In this document: in pieces, positions 7,797 to 16,795 of the stretch
How the letters are laid out: the number at the start of each line of letters is the position of its first letter
Position numbering within the stretch: position 1 is the first letter of the stretch
From: Methanothrix sp.
GTDB lineage: Archaea; Halobacteriota; Methanosarcinia; Methanotrichales; Methanotrichaceae
Assembly (NCBI GenBank): GCA_037128175.1
Contig: JBAXWY010000004.1
Location: forward strand, 32,001-96,000
Reading direction: 5' to 3'
Length of the DNA: 64,000 nt
Position numbers and translations under genes: made by a program
The notes under the pieces: generated by a model
Databases searched by the model: none
The model's input: the letters and a program-made list of their open reading frames with translations, nothing else
What the model was told of the DNA's origin: nothing

Positions 7797-8495
7797 ATGC
7801 AGTTATTCGCCCTACCTACGTGCATGTTGGATGAGTTCATCCGTTACACTGCCCTGCAGCGCGATCAAGCTCCTTTGGCCTCTCTATTGATTTACCTGAA
7901 GCGAAAAGGAGGCTATGTTCAGCTCAATCAGATCTGGCGGGAGAATGGACCCACCGGGGGCGGCCCCTTCTGGAACCAGACCACCCTTTTAAACAAGCTG
8001 GACAAGCTGGAGCGCCTGGGGATTGTCAGCATGGAGCGGCGAATTCTGCCCTCGCCCCGCGATGAGGCCAAAAAAAAGACCAACACCTTCTACCGGATAA
8101 GTCCCGAAACACCCCTTTATCCTTACATCTTCGGCATGCTCAAGATCTACCGGGAGGAGCCGGATAAATATTCCTCGGAACTGGTGGAAAAGCCCCTCGA
8201 TCATCTAAGCGATCTGGCAGGCCGCTGTGCCTCCGGCGACCCGCTGGTGGGCCGGGAGCTGGATGTGGCCATGGAGCTGATCGGCGAGGTCTTCTCTGTG
8301 GGAGGCGACGAGGTCAAGAGGATGATCAAGGAGAGGATGGCCAGAAGGGGCATGATCAGGGATCGCAGGAATGAGCTGCCGGAAAATGCCCCCGCAGAAA
8401 TAAAAATAAAGCCGAAGAGGGCCGGGGCAGAGGCAAAAAAATCCACGAAGAAAGAAAAGACGAAACCCATGTCCGAAGAAGAGGATTCAGAGTAG
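7797..8495 (+). CDS. Hypothetical protein with probable winged-helix domain
   Basis: 232 aa; NQTTLLNKLDKLERLGIV...TFYRIS wHTH-like pattern; Lys/Glu-rich tail. Confidence 0.55.
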   Translation: MQLFALPTCMLDEFIRYTALQRDQAPLASLLIYLKRKGGYVQLNQIWRENGPTGGGPFWNQTTLLNKLDKLERLGIVSMERRILPSPRDEAKKKTNTFYRISPETPLYPYIFGMLKIYREEPDKYSSELVEKPLDHLSDLAGRCASGDPLVGRELDVAMELIGEVFSVGGDEVKRMIKERMARRGMIRDRRNELPENAPAEIKIKPKRAGAEAKKSTKKEKTKPMSEEEDSE

Positions 8496-10232
8496 ATCGC
8501 TCCACCCTCTCTTTTTCCGATAGATCCTGAGCATCTCCTCCACCGTTTCAGGTGTCACCAATCCTGCGGCAGAGACTGTCTCGTAGAAACGGCGCGGCAC
8601 GCGCACGTTTGAGAGGTCGAATCCCTCCTGTACCTTGAATTTGTACTTTTCCTCAAAGATCCTTTTGCCCAGCTCCATTAGATCATCCTTTGTCTTGACA
8701 ATGCCAACCGTTTCCAAAGAGTCGATGATATTCTCCTCTGTGTAAACGCCGCGAGCAAACAAACAGCCTACCAGGGAGTTGAAAACGCCGCGGGAATTGT
8801 CCTCTTTGATGAGCTCATCAACCATCATCTCTATCTCCATGGGCTTTTTGACGGCCTTCTGGTCGACGGCGTATCCTGCGTTGTCCAGATGAGAGTGGCG
8901 CACACCCACCAGTTGGCCCACGATGGAGGCAGGACCGGTATGGTAGCCGGAGACCTCGTTTCCTCCTAACGCCATGGCGTAATCCAATCCGCCGTACTTT
9001 TTCGCGGCATAGTCCACCCCCCGAGCCAGAGCCCCATAAAATTCATTGGGCGCTTTGACGATATTCTCTAAGGCCCGCGTGTAGCCGTCTACGCCGTTCC
9101 ACTGTAGCGGGACATCCAGGGTCTCTTTGCTGGTGATCAGCCCCTTTTCCAGAGCCTCGGTGGCCCAGGAGAGGACCACTCCCGCCGACATTACATCCAG
9201 GCCCAGCCTCTCGCAGACGTCGATCAGTTGCAGGACTCCTTTCGCTGAGCCCACGCCCAGGTTCGAACCCAGGGAATAGATGGGCTCGTAGTCGTAGGAG
9301 ACCTTTCTTACCTCGAATTCGTGATGACTGGAAAAGGCCGTCTTCAGAGCGGCGATATGCACACAGCCGATGGGGCATCCGGCGCAGGAGAGCCTGCGGA
9401 AGAGGTGGTTTTCTGCAAACATCTCGCCGCTGATATTTTCGCTTTGTGTAAAGCTGGAGAGAAGGAAGTTTTTGGTAGGCAGACCTTTGAGCCAATTCAG
9501 GGCGCTGATGTTCACAGAGGTGCCTATATCATGGTACTTCTCCATGACATCCGTCTGCACCGCGGTCTTGTAGAGCCGATTGTAGACCTCTTTGTAACGC
9601 TTGGCATCCGGAACATCGATCGTCTCCGTTCCTGAGATCACCAGGGCCTTGAGTTTCTTGGAACCGAAAACTGCGCCAAGGCCCAGCCGCCCAAAGTGCC
9701 GGTAGGTGTCCACCACCACGCCCGCGTACCTCACCTTGGCTTCCCCGGCCTGACCGATGCGGATAATGGAGCGCCGACCGACACCGGGCTCGCGATCGCG
9801 CAGGATCACGCCCGTAGTCTGGGCATCGATGCCCCAGATCGATGTGGCGTCCTTGATCTTTACCTCGCCGTCATTTATGGAGATGTAAGAAGGCTGCTCT
9901 GCCTGGCCGCGGATGACCACTGCCTCATGCCCGGCAAACCGCAAGGCCAGAGAGAGCCTGCCTCCAGCATAGGACTCGCCCAATTCTCCAGTAAGCGGCG
10001 ATTTGAAGGTGGCTACGGTCTTGGTGGCCACGGGAAAGATGCCGTTGAGGGGACCGATGGAGAAAATTATTGGTGCAGCGGCAGAAAGTGGATCGGTGCC
10101 TGCGGGGCACTCCTCCTGGAGGAGTCGAATTCCTACGCCGGTCCCGCCCATCCACTTCTCGAAGAGTTCCTGCCTCTCTTCAACCCATGATTCTTCTTTA
10201 GAAAGATCGATGTAGAGAACTTTTCGCAGCAT
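8487..10232 (-). CDS. Aldehyde:ferredoxin oxidoreductase family (W/Mo-pterin) large subunit
   Basis: KSPLTG...ESYAGG, GRLGLGAVFGSKKLKA, CAGCPIGC, DYE, CERLGLD. Start set at MLRKVLYIDL. Confidence 0.88.
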   Translation of the reverse strand: MLRKVLYIDLSKEESWVEERQELFEKWMGGTGVGIRLLQEECPAGTDPLSAAAPIIFSIGPLNGIFPVATKTVATFKSPLTGELGESYAGGRLSLALRFAGHEAVVIRGQAEQPSYISINDGEVKIKDATSIWGIDAQTTGVILRDREPGVGRRSIIRIGQAGEAKVRYAGVVVDTYRHFGRLGLGAVFGSKKLKALVISGTETIDVPDAKRYKEVYNRLYKTAVQTDVMEKYHDIGTSVNISALNWLKGLPTKNFLLSSFTQSENISGEMFAENHLFRRLSCAGCPIGCVHIAALKTAFSSHHEFEVRKVSYDYEPIYSLGSNLGVGSAKGVLQLIDVCERLGLDVMSAGVVLSWATEALEKGLITSKETLDVPLQWNGVDGYTRALENIVKAPNEFYGALARGVDYAAKKYGGLDYAMALGGNEVSGYHTGPASIVGQLVGVRHSHLDNAGYAVDQKAVKKPMEIEMMVDELIKEDNSRGVFNSLVGCLFARGVYTEENIIDSLETVGIVKTKDDLMELGKRIFEEKYKFKVQEGFDLSNVRVPRRFYETVSAAGLVTPETVEEMLRIYRKKRGWSDLL

Positions 10233-10233
10233 T

Positions 10234-10740
10234 TCATCCTCCTGAGGCCGGAATCTCCTCCAGCATAAGAACGCCATGCGGGCAGAAGTCCACGCAGGCT
10301 CCGCAGTGAATGCATTTTATGGGCTTTTTCTCTTTACCAAGGGTTACCGCGCCCACCAAGCAAGCCTTCTCGCAGCTGCCGCAACCAATGCAGCGGTCCT
10401 TGTGAAAGACCACACTGCCGTTTTGCCTCTTCTCCATGGCGCCCGTGGGGCAGGCGCGGGCACAGGGAGGATCCTGGCAGCCGCGGCAGACCACAACGCG
10501 AAAATCGCCCTCAATGCCGCCCTGCGTCTGCACCTTGATGGCGCTGTTTTGCAGGGAGACGGTGCCCGTGCGCGTGCGGCTGCAAGCGAACATGCAGCTA
10601 AGGCAGCCTATGCAGCGCTCGGGATGGGCCACCTTGAGGCGGCGGCGCATCCTGGGCGTGGCTGCCTCTTTCTCGGCGGGCTCAAGGACCGGCTTGGCCT
10701 CTGTTTCTTTAATCACTTCTACAGCCTGGCTCTCTATCAT
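10234..10740 (-). CDS. Poly-4Fe-4S ferredoxin-like subunit, partner of the AOR-family protein
   Basis: Four Cys clusters: CIGCLSCMFAC, CRGCQDPPCARACP, CIGCGSCEKAC, CIHCGACVDFCP. Confidence 0.88.
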   Translation of the reverse strand: MIESQAVEVIKETEAKPVLEPAEKEAATPRMRRRLKVAHPERCIGCLSCMFACSRTRTGTVSLQNSAIKVQTQGGIEGDFRVVVCRGCQDPPCARACPTGAMEKRQNGSVVFHKDRCIGCGSCEKACLVGAVTLGKEKKPIKCIHCGACVDFCPHGVLMLEEIPASGG

Positions 10741-10867
10741 TTCATGATCCACCCCCAGCAAGAATCACTTTTTAATCATATTTGTGTCCAAAACATAAAG
10801 TGGCAGGCTTGCTCTATTCAAACCTTATGCGACATTGTGATGTGCTCTATTAATATTAGTATATAAT

Positions 10868-11407
10868 TTACAACTTGATTTTGGATTCACATAAGGATCC
10901 TGCGCGCATGAAAGAACCGAGTTCATCTTTTCCGCTAGTTTTTTGAATTTTACAGCAAATATGATAATTCCAATTTTTAATGCCACATTCTCTGTTGATA
11001 TGATCTTCCAGCTCTTGGTTCCTTATCTTTACATGAACACTTCCAGGTACACTAATGAATGCCATCCATTTTATGTCTTGATTCTCTAAGCGGTTGCATC
11101 TGGTTATTAGAGATTTATATACACATGCAATTTGTTCTATGGCGTCCTTGATTTTATGTCCTTTGAGCTCAACTAGGCAAAGTATCTTAGTACTCATATT
11201 ATCATAAGCAAGAGTTACAATTAAGTCGCAAATTCTATCAATATTTAAATCACTTTTCAAAGGACATTTCTTGTTATTGGTATCATCTATTAAGAAGAAT
11301 TTGACATCCTCATGTTTTCTAGGGATTACATTTACTCGATTTCCCATCTTGGGCTCTTTCCAAGAGGTTCCCTCAATTAGGCAAGGTTTTAGAGTATCAC
11401 ATAGCAT
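10868..11407 (-). CDS. Hypothetical protein, possible PD-(D/E)xK-like nuclease partner of the AAA ATPase
   Basis: ICD...VELKG..(I)KDAIEQI motif; AT-rich; 12 bp after the ATPase stop. Confidence 0.55.
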   Translation of the reverse strand: MLCDTLKPCLIEGTSWKEPKMGNRVNVIPRKHEDVKFFLIDDTNNKKCPLKSDLNIDRICDLIVTLAYDNMSTKILCLVELKGHKIKDAIEQIACVYKSLITRCNRLENQDIKWMAFISVPGSVHVKIRNQELEDHINRECGIKNWNYHICCKIQKTSGKDELGSFMRAGSLCESKIKL

Positions 11408-11419
11408 CCAAATATCTCC

Positions 11420-12892
11420 TTATAACTCCATCCTTAAATCTAGAATTCTTTGTGATACCTGATTAAACGTTTCCCATTCTATGAATCCGTCCTCTTCTAG
11501 AATGCTTTTCGCTGTACCATCTGCAAATAGGTATACGGAAACATTATCTTTTGAGATAAATGCCTTCGAATTTTTTAAATAAAATTTGTCTTTTATTGTT
11601 TCTAAATTCTCCAAGGACGCTGCTTTCATTAAATTAATGAGATGATCTACGATATAGGGACTGTGCGTGGTAATTATTACATGGATACCAGAATTTACTA
11701 GCATTACTATAAACTCGATAAGCTTTGCTTGTGCTTCAGGATGCAGATTCATTTCTGGCTCATCAATAACTAAGAGATTTCTTTTATCTGCAAGATATCT
11801 TAAATATAATACCAGTGGGGAGAGTTCCTTTACCATTGAAGAGGCCACAGGTATATCTACAGATATTCCTTTTGGATCTAACGGCTTAAAAAGAAGTTCT
11901 CTCGCCGGATTTGGCTCTGGATCTGAGTAGTCAACATTCCCTTGAAGTATTTCTTTCTGCAGGATTTCAGCTAACTGCAAATAGGTTTCTACATTTCCAT
12001 TTTCTTTTATCTCTCGTTGGCGCTTTGAATAGCTCCCTTCATGCATGGTCTTACCAAGTAGGCTTATCAATCCATATATTGGGTCAGAGATTATTAGACT
12101 TACATTTCGCTCTTCATCGATATTTGTACCGATTTCTGAATCATTTTCCATTTTATTCGACCTCATATTTTCTATTTTGCTAGGTCTCATAAATAACTGA
12201 ATTAGATCCGTAAATGCGATCCGCTCAGACGGGAAAAAATATATATTAAAATAAACAGATCTTGAGATTATTCTAAATACATTAGAAATTATAATATCCT
12301 CTATTGCTCTCTTGGGGACTCGTTTTTTAAAATCAACATCTTCGGAGGAATTATCCGAAATATCGCTATTAGATGTGTAAAATGAGATGTCTGGATTATT
12401 CTTTTCTTTGAGCAAATTTAATAATGCTTTGCCGTCTTTACTTATAAAAAAACTGGCTTTCATGCCGTATGATGTAATGTTCTGTACAATTTGATCATTG
12501 CTCTCTTTGAGATTCACACTCATTTCCATATCCTTGAAATTAGCATTTGAACTTCCCAGGAAATCCTGAATCCATTCCTTCTCAAGAAGCCCTAGATCAT
12601 TGAAATAATATTCGCCAAATTCATTATAGAAGTCAATTAAGTTAATTTTAGTACTGCCAAAATCAAGAAGTTGTATTATTGCATTATCCAAAGACGGATA
12701 TATTCCACGAGTTTCATTACTTAAATAGGATTTTACATATTCACTCCAGGAGCGTGATCCAAAGAGGGCTGAAAGTGTATAAGCTGTCCAAGTTTTTCCA
12801 GCATTATTGGGGCCAACAAAAACCGTTAATGGTTTTACTTCAATTGATGTCTCCTTCTTAATGGGTCCTAGGTTATTAATATTAACGTCCAT
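11420..12892 (-). CDS. ABC-type AAA ATPase (AAA_15/AAA_21, AbiEii/OLD-like)
   Basis: Walker A GPNNAGKT, signature ASSMVKEL, Walker B LLVIDEPEMNLHP, H-loop ITTHS; AT-rich. Confidence 0.85.
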   Translation of the reverse strand: MDVNINNLGPIKKETSIEVKPLTVFVGPNNAGKTWTAYTLSALFGSRSWSEYVKSYLSNETRGIYPSLDNAIIQLLDFGSTKINLIDFYNEFGEYYFNDLGLLEKEWIQDFLGSSNANFKDMEMSVNLKESNDQIVQNITSYGMKASFFISKDGKALLNLLKEKNNPDISFYTSNSDISDNSSEDVDFKKRVPKRAIEDIIISNVFRIISRSVYFNIYFFPSERIAFTDLIQLFMRPSKIENMRSNKMENDSEIGTNIDEERNVSLIISDPIYGLISLLGKTMHEGSYSKRQREIKENGNVETYLQLAEILQKEILQGNVDYSDPEPNPARELLFKPLDPKGISVDIPVASSMVKELSPLVLYLRYLADKRNLLVIDEPEMNLHPEAQAKLIEFIVMLVNSGIHVIITTHSPYIVDHLINLMKAASLENLETIKDKFYLKNSKAFISKDNVSVYLFADGTAKSILEEDGFIEWETFNQVSQRILDLRMEL

Positions 12893-12994
12893 GTTAGTTC
12901 TCCTTTAATGTATGGTCCATTTAAGATAAGTTGGTATCCTATTTGAATGCTTAGAATGGTTGAAAAAAGAAATGAAATATGATTCGCGAAGCGG

Positions 12995-14110
12995 TTACTC
13001 CGCATTCACGAACCTTTTCTCCAGCACCTTCATGACATGGGGGAGTGTGGTGTACTCCATGTCCTCCATGGGGAGACGCGCCGGCTCGAAGGGCCCGTGC
13101 GCCCTCATGTAATCAGTGATCTCCAGGCATCTCTTGCGGGTCAGGTCGAAGGCCACATCTTTGAAGAGATCCACGGGACCTACGAAGTTTCCGTAGGCCA
13201 TCTGGAAGCCGGCGGCTATGACGCGAGGCGGACCGTCAAACCTTGTGGGGTGCGCGGTCTCAAAGGAGCAGGGCATGAGGGGACCGTTGTGGCTGCCTCG
13301 CATCCATCCGCTTACCAGGTGCCCGAGAGCAAAGGGCTCCAGCACCTCTCCCAAAGCGGGCAGGCCGGACTGGCAGCGCACCAGGGCCACAGGGTCATCC
13401 TTGCCTACGTAAGTTCCAGCCGTCTGGAAGAGCTTCTCCGTGCTTACCACAGCCACGGCCTCCTGCTCGGAGATCTTGCTATTCGGCTTGCAAAAGACCC
13501 TCTTGATCACATAGCGGCTCTTGGCGCCGATAAGCGCCAGCAGGTCGTACATCTCGCCCGGGCAGTACATGAAGACCCGTCTGTGCTCCATGATATCCCA
13601 GACCTCGAAGGTGAAGCCATGATGGCAGGCCGGATCTATGACCAGGCCGGCTGTGTTGAAGGGGTCGGCGAACATCTTGAAGATGGGCAGATTGAAGGCC
13701 CCCGGTTCGGTCTTGTCCATCATGAAGGCGACGACGGGCTCAGAGGTGCGCTCCTCAATCTCCATCTCCGCCACGCCCGGTCCCATGCCGCGAATGTTGC
13801 CGGAGAAGGCGTCCGCCAAAAGATCCTGCCCGGCTCCGTAGAGCTTGAGCTTCTTGGCAACAACGGTTGCCTCCTCGAAGGTCTCCCAGGCCAGGGCATG
13901 CACCTCGCCGTTGTCGCAGCCTTTCTTGTGGCTCATAAGAAGCTCCAGGTCGTCGCCGCAGGCAAGCACCCTAAAGTCTATCAGTGCGCCGGACTTCTTG
14001 GCCTGGGCAAGCTTCGACTCCGCAGTCTCGATCAATGCTGGATGGACCGAGGAGTGGCCGGGATAGCCGCCAACATCGGCTTTTATCAGGCTGATTGTGA
14101 TCTTTGTCAT
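12995..14110 (-). CDS. fbp: Bifunctional fructose-1,6-bisphosphate aldolase/phosphatase (class V)
   Basis: SLIKADVGGYPGH, GDD, LYGAGQDLL, DKTEPGAFN, YVGKDDP, GWMRGSH, MEYTT. Confidence 0.95.
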   Translation of the reverse strand: MTKITISLIKADVGGYPGHSSVHPALIETAESKLAQAKKSGALIDFRVLACGDDLELLMSHKKGCDNGEVHALAWETFEEATVVAKKLKLYGAGQDLLADAFSGNIRGMGPGVAEMEIEERTSEPVVAFMMDKTEPGAFNLPIFKMFADPFNTAGLVIDPACHHGFTFEVWDIMEHRRVFMYCPGEMYDLLALIGAKSRYVIKRVFCKPNSKISEQEAVAVVSTEKLFQTAGTYVGKDDPVALVRCQSGLPALGEVLEPFALGHLVSGWMRGSHNGPLMPCSFETAHPTRFDGPPRVIAAGFQMAYGNFVGPVDLFKDVAFDLTRKRCLEITDYMRAHGPFEPARLPMEDMEYTTLPHVMKVLEKRFVNAE

Positions 14111-14134
14111 CTTAGCGTCCCTCTGCTATTGCTT

Positions 14135-15529
14135 TCAGTCTTTCAGCGCTGTGGGCCATTTCAGCGGCACATCAACCGGTTTGATGAATTGATCCAGGAC
14201 AGGTCGTGTGCCGTTGACTTTGAGCTTATCAAATAAAAAGGCGAATTGCCTCTCCAGCTCGGCGCAGATTTCGTCGCGGACGTCAGAGGGCAGGTGCCAC
14301 AGCTCCATTTTGAACGGTCCGAAGCCTTTCTTGCGGGTTTTGTAGATGAACTGCTCTTCGGTGTCCTTTTCTTTCCATTCGTCTTTCAAGCCGTCTTTCA
14401 GATAATCATATATTTTTGCCCGCAGCTTCGCCGGGAAAGCTTTGCTGTCATAGATCATGTTATGGAAACCGGTCGCAAGGTGAATCTCGGCCGTTCCGGT
14501 GGCTGGAAAGCGGTCAAACGCTTCATCGGGCAGCGTTGAAGCGCCGTGCTGAACTGCACCGGACAAACCGTATTGCGAGCGGGAGGTTTCCGACAGTTTC
14601 GCCAGCACGTCAAAATCAATTTTGACTTTCGCAACCGTACCGTCGGCCAGCGGCACACCGCCATGCGTAGTCCCGGTCTGCACGCTGATCTTGCTGATTC
14701 CTTTGAAAGCCTCGCCCCGCTTTTTAAGTTCTTCCAGATAACCAGCCATGAAAACCTGCAATTCATCGACAGTGCTGTTCTTGCCGCCAACCTCGCCGAT
14801 TTCGCCGCCCACAGACACAGTGATGCCTTCTGGCTCCAGATCGCGAATCAGAGTGGTTAACTCCGCCGCAAGCGTAAAGTTTGTTCTTTGCTGATCTTTG
14901 ACTGTGGGCTGCGACAGATCAACCAGTGTAGAAGTATCGATATCGATATTGTAAAAACCGGCAACAATTGCTTCCCTGATTAAATTCTTAACCGCCAGAG
15001 TTTCCTTTTCTGCGTCCGCAGCGAACTTTTTGGCGTTTATCTGAAAATGGTCACCCTGCAAGAATACCGGGGCGCGCCAGCCGGATTTAACAGCCGCCGC
15101 CATAACTGCACAGGTGTATTCCAGTGGCCTTTGCTTTGTATAGCCTATTTCCGAACGGGCGATTTCAAAGATAACAGGCCCTACATTCCCTTTGATCGCG
15201 GCACGGAATACAGCCTGCGCCACATCGTAGGTAATGCCGCGGATATTGATTGCCGGAACGGTAAATACACCGAGTTCCTTACGTCCCATGGCTTCGTAAA
15301 GGGATTGGATCGACGCAGAAATGATTCCTAGCCTAGCCGCTCCCCGGCGAATCAGAAAACCCGCTGCTTGTGAAGTTGCAGGGTCGGGACTGAAAACGGC
15401 CGTAGAGATTAAATCATCGATCAACTTTTCCTGAAACCTGGATTCATTCAAGACACGAACATCTCTGCCGTCATAAGCTAGTATGAATTCGCATCCTTTC
15501 TTTAGCTGATCCCTATTCTCGTAAATCAT
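14135..15529 (-). CDS. Class II fructose-bisphosphate aldolase family (bacterial-type, long form)
   Basis: FTVPAIN, QGDH, GGEIGEVG, GTTHGG, AVQHGAS, EIHLATG. Confidence 0.85.
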   Translation of the reverse strand: MIYENRDQLKKGCEFILAYDGRDVRVLNESRFQEKLIDDLISTAVFSPDPATSQAAGFLIRRGAARLGIISASIQSLYEAMGRKELGVFTVPAINIRGITYDVAQAVFRAAIKGNVGPVIFEIARSEIGYTKQRPLEYTCAVMAAAVKSGWRAPVFLQGDHFQINAKKFAADAEKETLAVKNLIREAIVAGFYNIDIDTSTLVDLSQPTVKDQQRTNFTLAAELTTLIRDLEPEGITVSVGGEIGEVGGKNSTVDELQVFMAGYLEELKKRGEAFKGISKISVQTGTTHGGVPLADGTVAKVKIDFDVLAKLSETSRSQYGLSGAVQHGASTLPDEAFDRFPATGTAEIHLATGFHNMIYDSKAFPAKLRAKIYDYLKDGLKDEWKEKDTEEQFIYKTRKKGFGPFKMELWHLPSDVRDEICAELERQFAFLFDKLKVNGTRPVLDQFIKPVDVPLKWPTALKD

Positions 15530-15549
15530 TGCTGATCCTCTGAATGTAT

Positions 15550-16488
15550 TTATTGCGAGAGGAATTGCTCCGCCATTGTCACTTCCGCAGACGAGCCGAT
15601 GTATATGGGCGACCGTTGGTTGACGGACGTCACTTTGAGAGAAAGAATATCCTCTTTTCCGTCCGTAGCCCTGCCGCCGGCCTGCTCCATGATAAATGCC
15701 ATGGGCTGAAGTTCAAACAGCAACCGCAGCTTCCCTTGGGGCGATCTCTTCAGTGCAGGATAGGTGAATACGCCTCCCCTCTTGATGATCAACTGATTTA
15801 TGTCGGGAACAAAACCTCCGCTGTAGCGCAGCTTGTAGCCGTCTGCCTCCAGCTTATCGATATACTTGCGATGGCTGTCCATCCAGTCCTTGCGCAGACC
15901 GCCAGGTGAAAAGATCGCACCTTTCTCATTAAGCCGGATGTTTTCCTCAGATAGGACATACTCTCCTTCGCGATCCAATACGAACTCATGCACGCCCTTT
16001 CCGGCCGAGTAAATCATAGTGATGAGCGGGCCGTAAGTAATATAAAGAGCGGCAACCATCGAATTCCTTCCGCAGTCAAATATTGAATTTTTGTGGATGC
16101 CTATGATCGTTCCGATGGCCAGATTGGTATCCACCAGGGAAGAACCGTCTAATGGGTCGGCGGTAACAATATATTTTTCCTGCCCTTCACCGATGGTGAC
16201 GATATCTTTGAGCTCCTCTGAGGCATACTCGCGAACAAATCCTGAGTTGTGCAGCATATTTTTTAATATGTCATCAGAAATACGGTCCAGCGCCAACTGA
16301 TCCTCGCCGTAAGCATTCTTGAAGCCAGCCAGCTTGCGGTTGGATTCGTGGATCTTTGCGGAAATATATTTGCCGACCACGGCAATCTGCCAGATGAGCC
16401 GCCGCAATTCCACCTCGATGCCAACCATCCACATATGGCGCCTCAGATCTATGATGTATCGAGTCTGATCATTTATGCCTTCACCCAT
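15550..16488 (-). CDS. Class I fructose-1,6-bisphosphatase
   Basis: YASEE, DPLDGSS, LRYSGGFVPD, GKLRLLFELQPMAFIMEQAGG. Start at MGEGIND after GGAG. Confidence 0.9.
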   Translation of the reverse strand: MGEGINDQTRYIIDLRRHMWMVGIEVELRRLIWQIAVVGKYISAKIHESNRKLAGFKNAYGEDQLALDRISDDILKNMLHNSGFVREYASEELKDIVTIGEGQEKYIVTADPLDGSSLVDTNLAIGTIIGIHKNSIFDCGRNSMVAALYITYGPLITMIYSAGKGVHEFVLDREGEYVLSEENIRLNEKGAIFSPGGLRKDWMDSHRKYIDKLEADGYKLRYSGGFVPDINQLIIKRGGVFTYPALKRSPQGKLRLLFELQPMAFIMEQAGGRATDGKEDILSLKVTSVNQRSPIYIGSSAEVTMAEQFLSQ

Positions 16489-16610
16489 TGATTCTCCTGA
16501 TATTTTTTTGTCAGTCTGTAGGTTTTTCTCTAATAATAAATATGTTGCCCCCGTACCGAAAAAAATCTGTTTCAATCCTCTAATTGCTGTTTGCCAGAAT
16601 TTTCCCCAAT

Positions 16611-16651
16611 TTTTTGCCCGCAGCTCAGCAGGGAAACCTCTGCTGTCATAG
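16611..16651 (-). repeat. 41-bp fragment homologous to the class II aldolase gene (14413-14453)
   Basis: TTTTTGCCCGCAGCTCAGCAGGGAAACCTCTGCTGTCATAG vs TTTTTGCCCGCAGCTTCGCCGGGAAAGCTTTGCTGTCATAG, 36/41 identical by eye. Confidence 0.7.
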
Positions 16652-16795
16652 TCTCTCCGGCAGAAGTTCTTATATCTGCCAGAGACTCATCTATGCACGG
16701 AATTGGCCAATGAAGACTCGATGTCATTTTGAGAAGGAATTATCCCGAAGGCGGAAGGGTCCAGCTGGCTAAGAATAGACATCAGGAGCAGTAGT

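Noticed and set aside
13037-14236. 399-aa plus-strand ORF, and similar long antisense ORFs at 17045-17890, 24013-25041, 31690-32547, 48608-49660 and 52561-53361
   Set aside because: Antisense shadows of well-supported genes, with no recognisable motifs.
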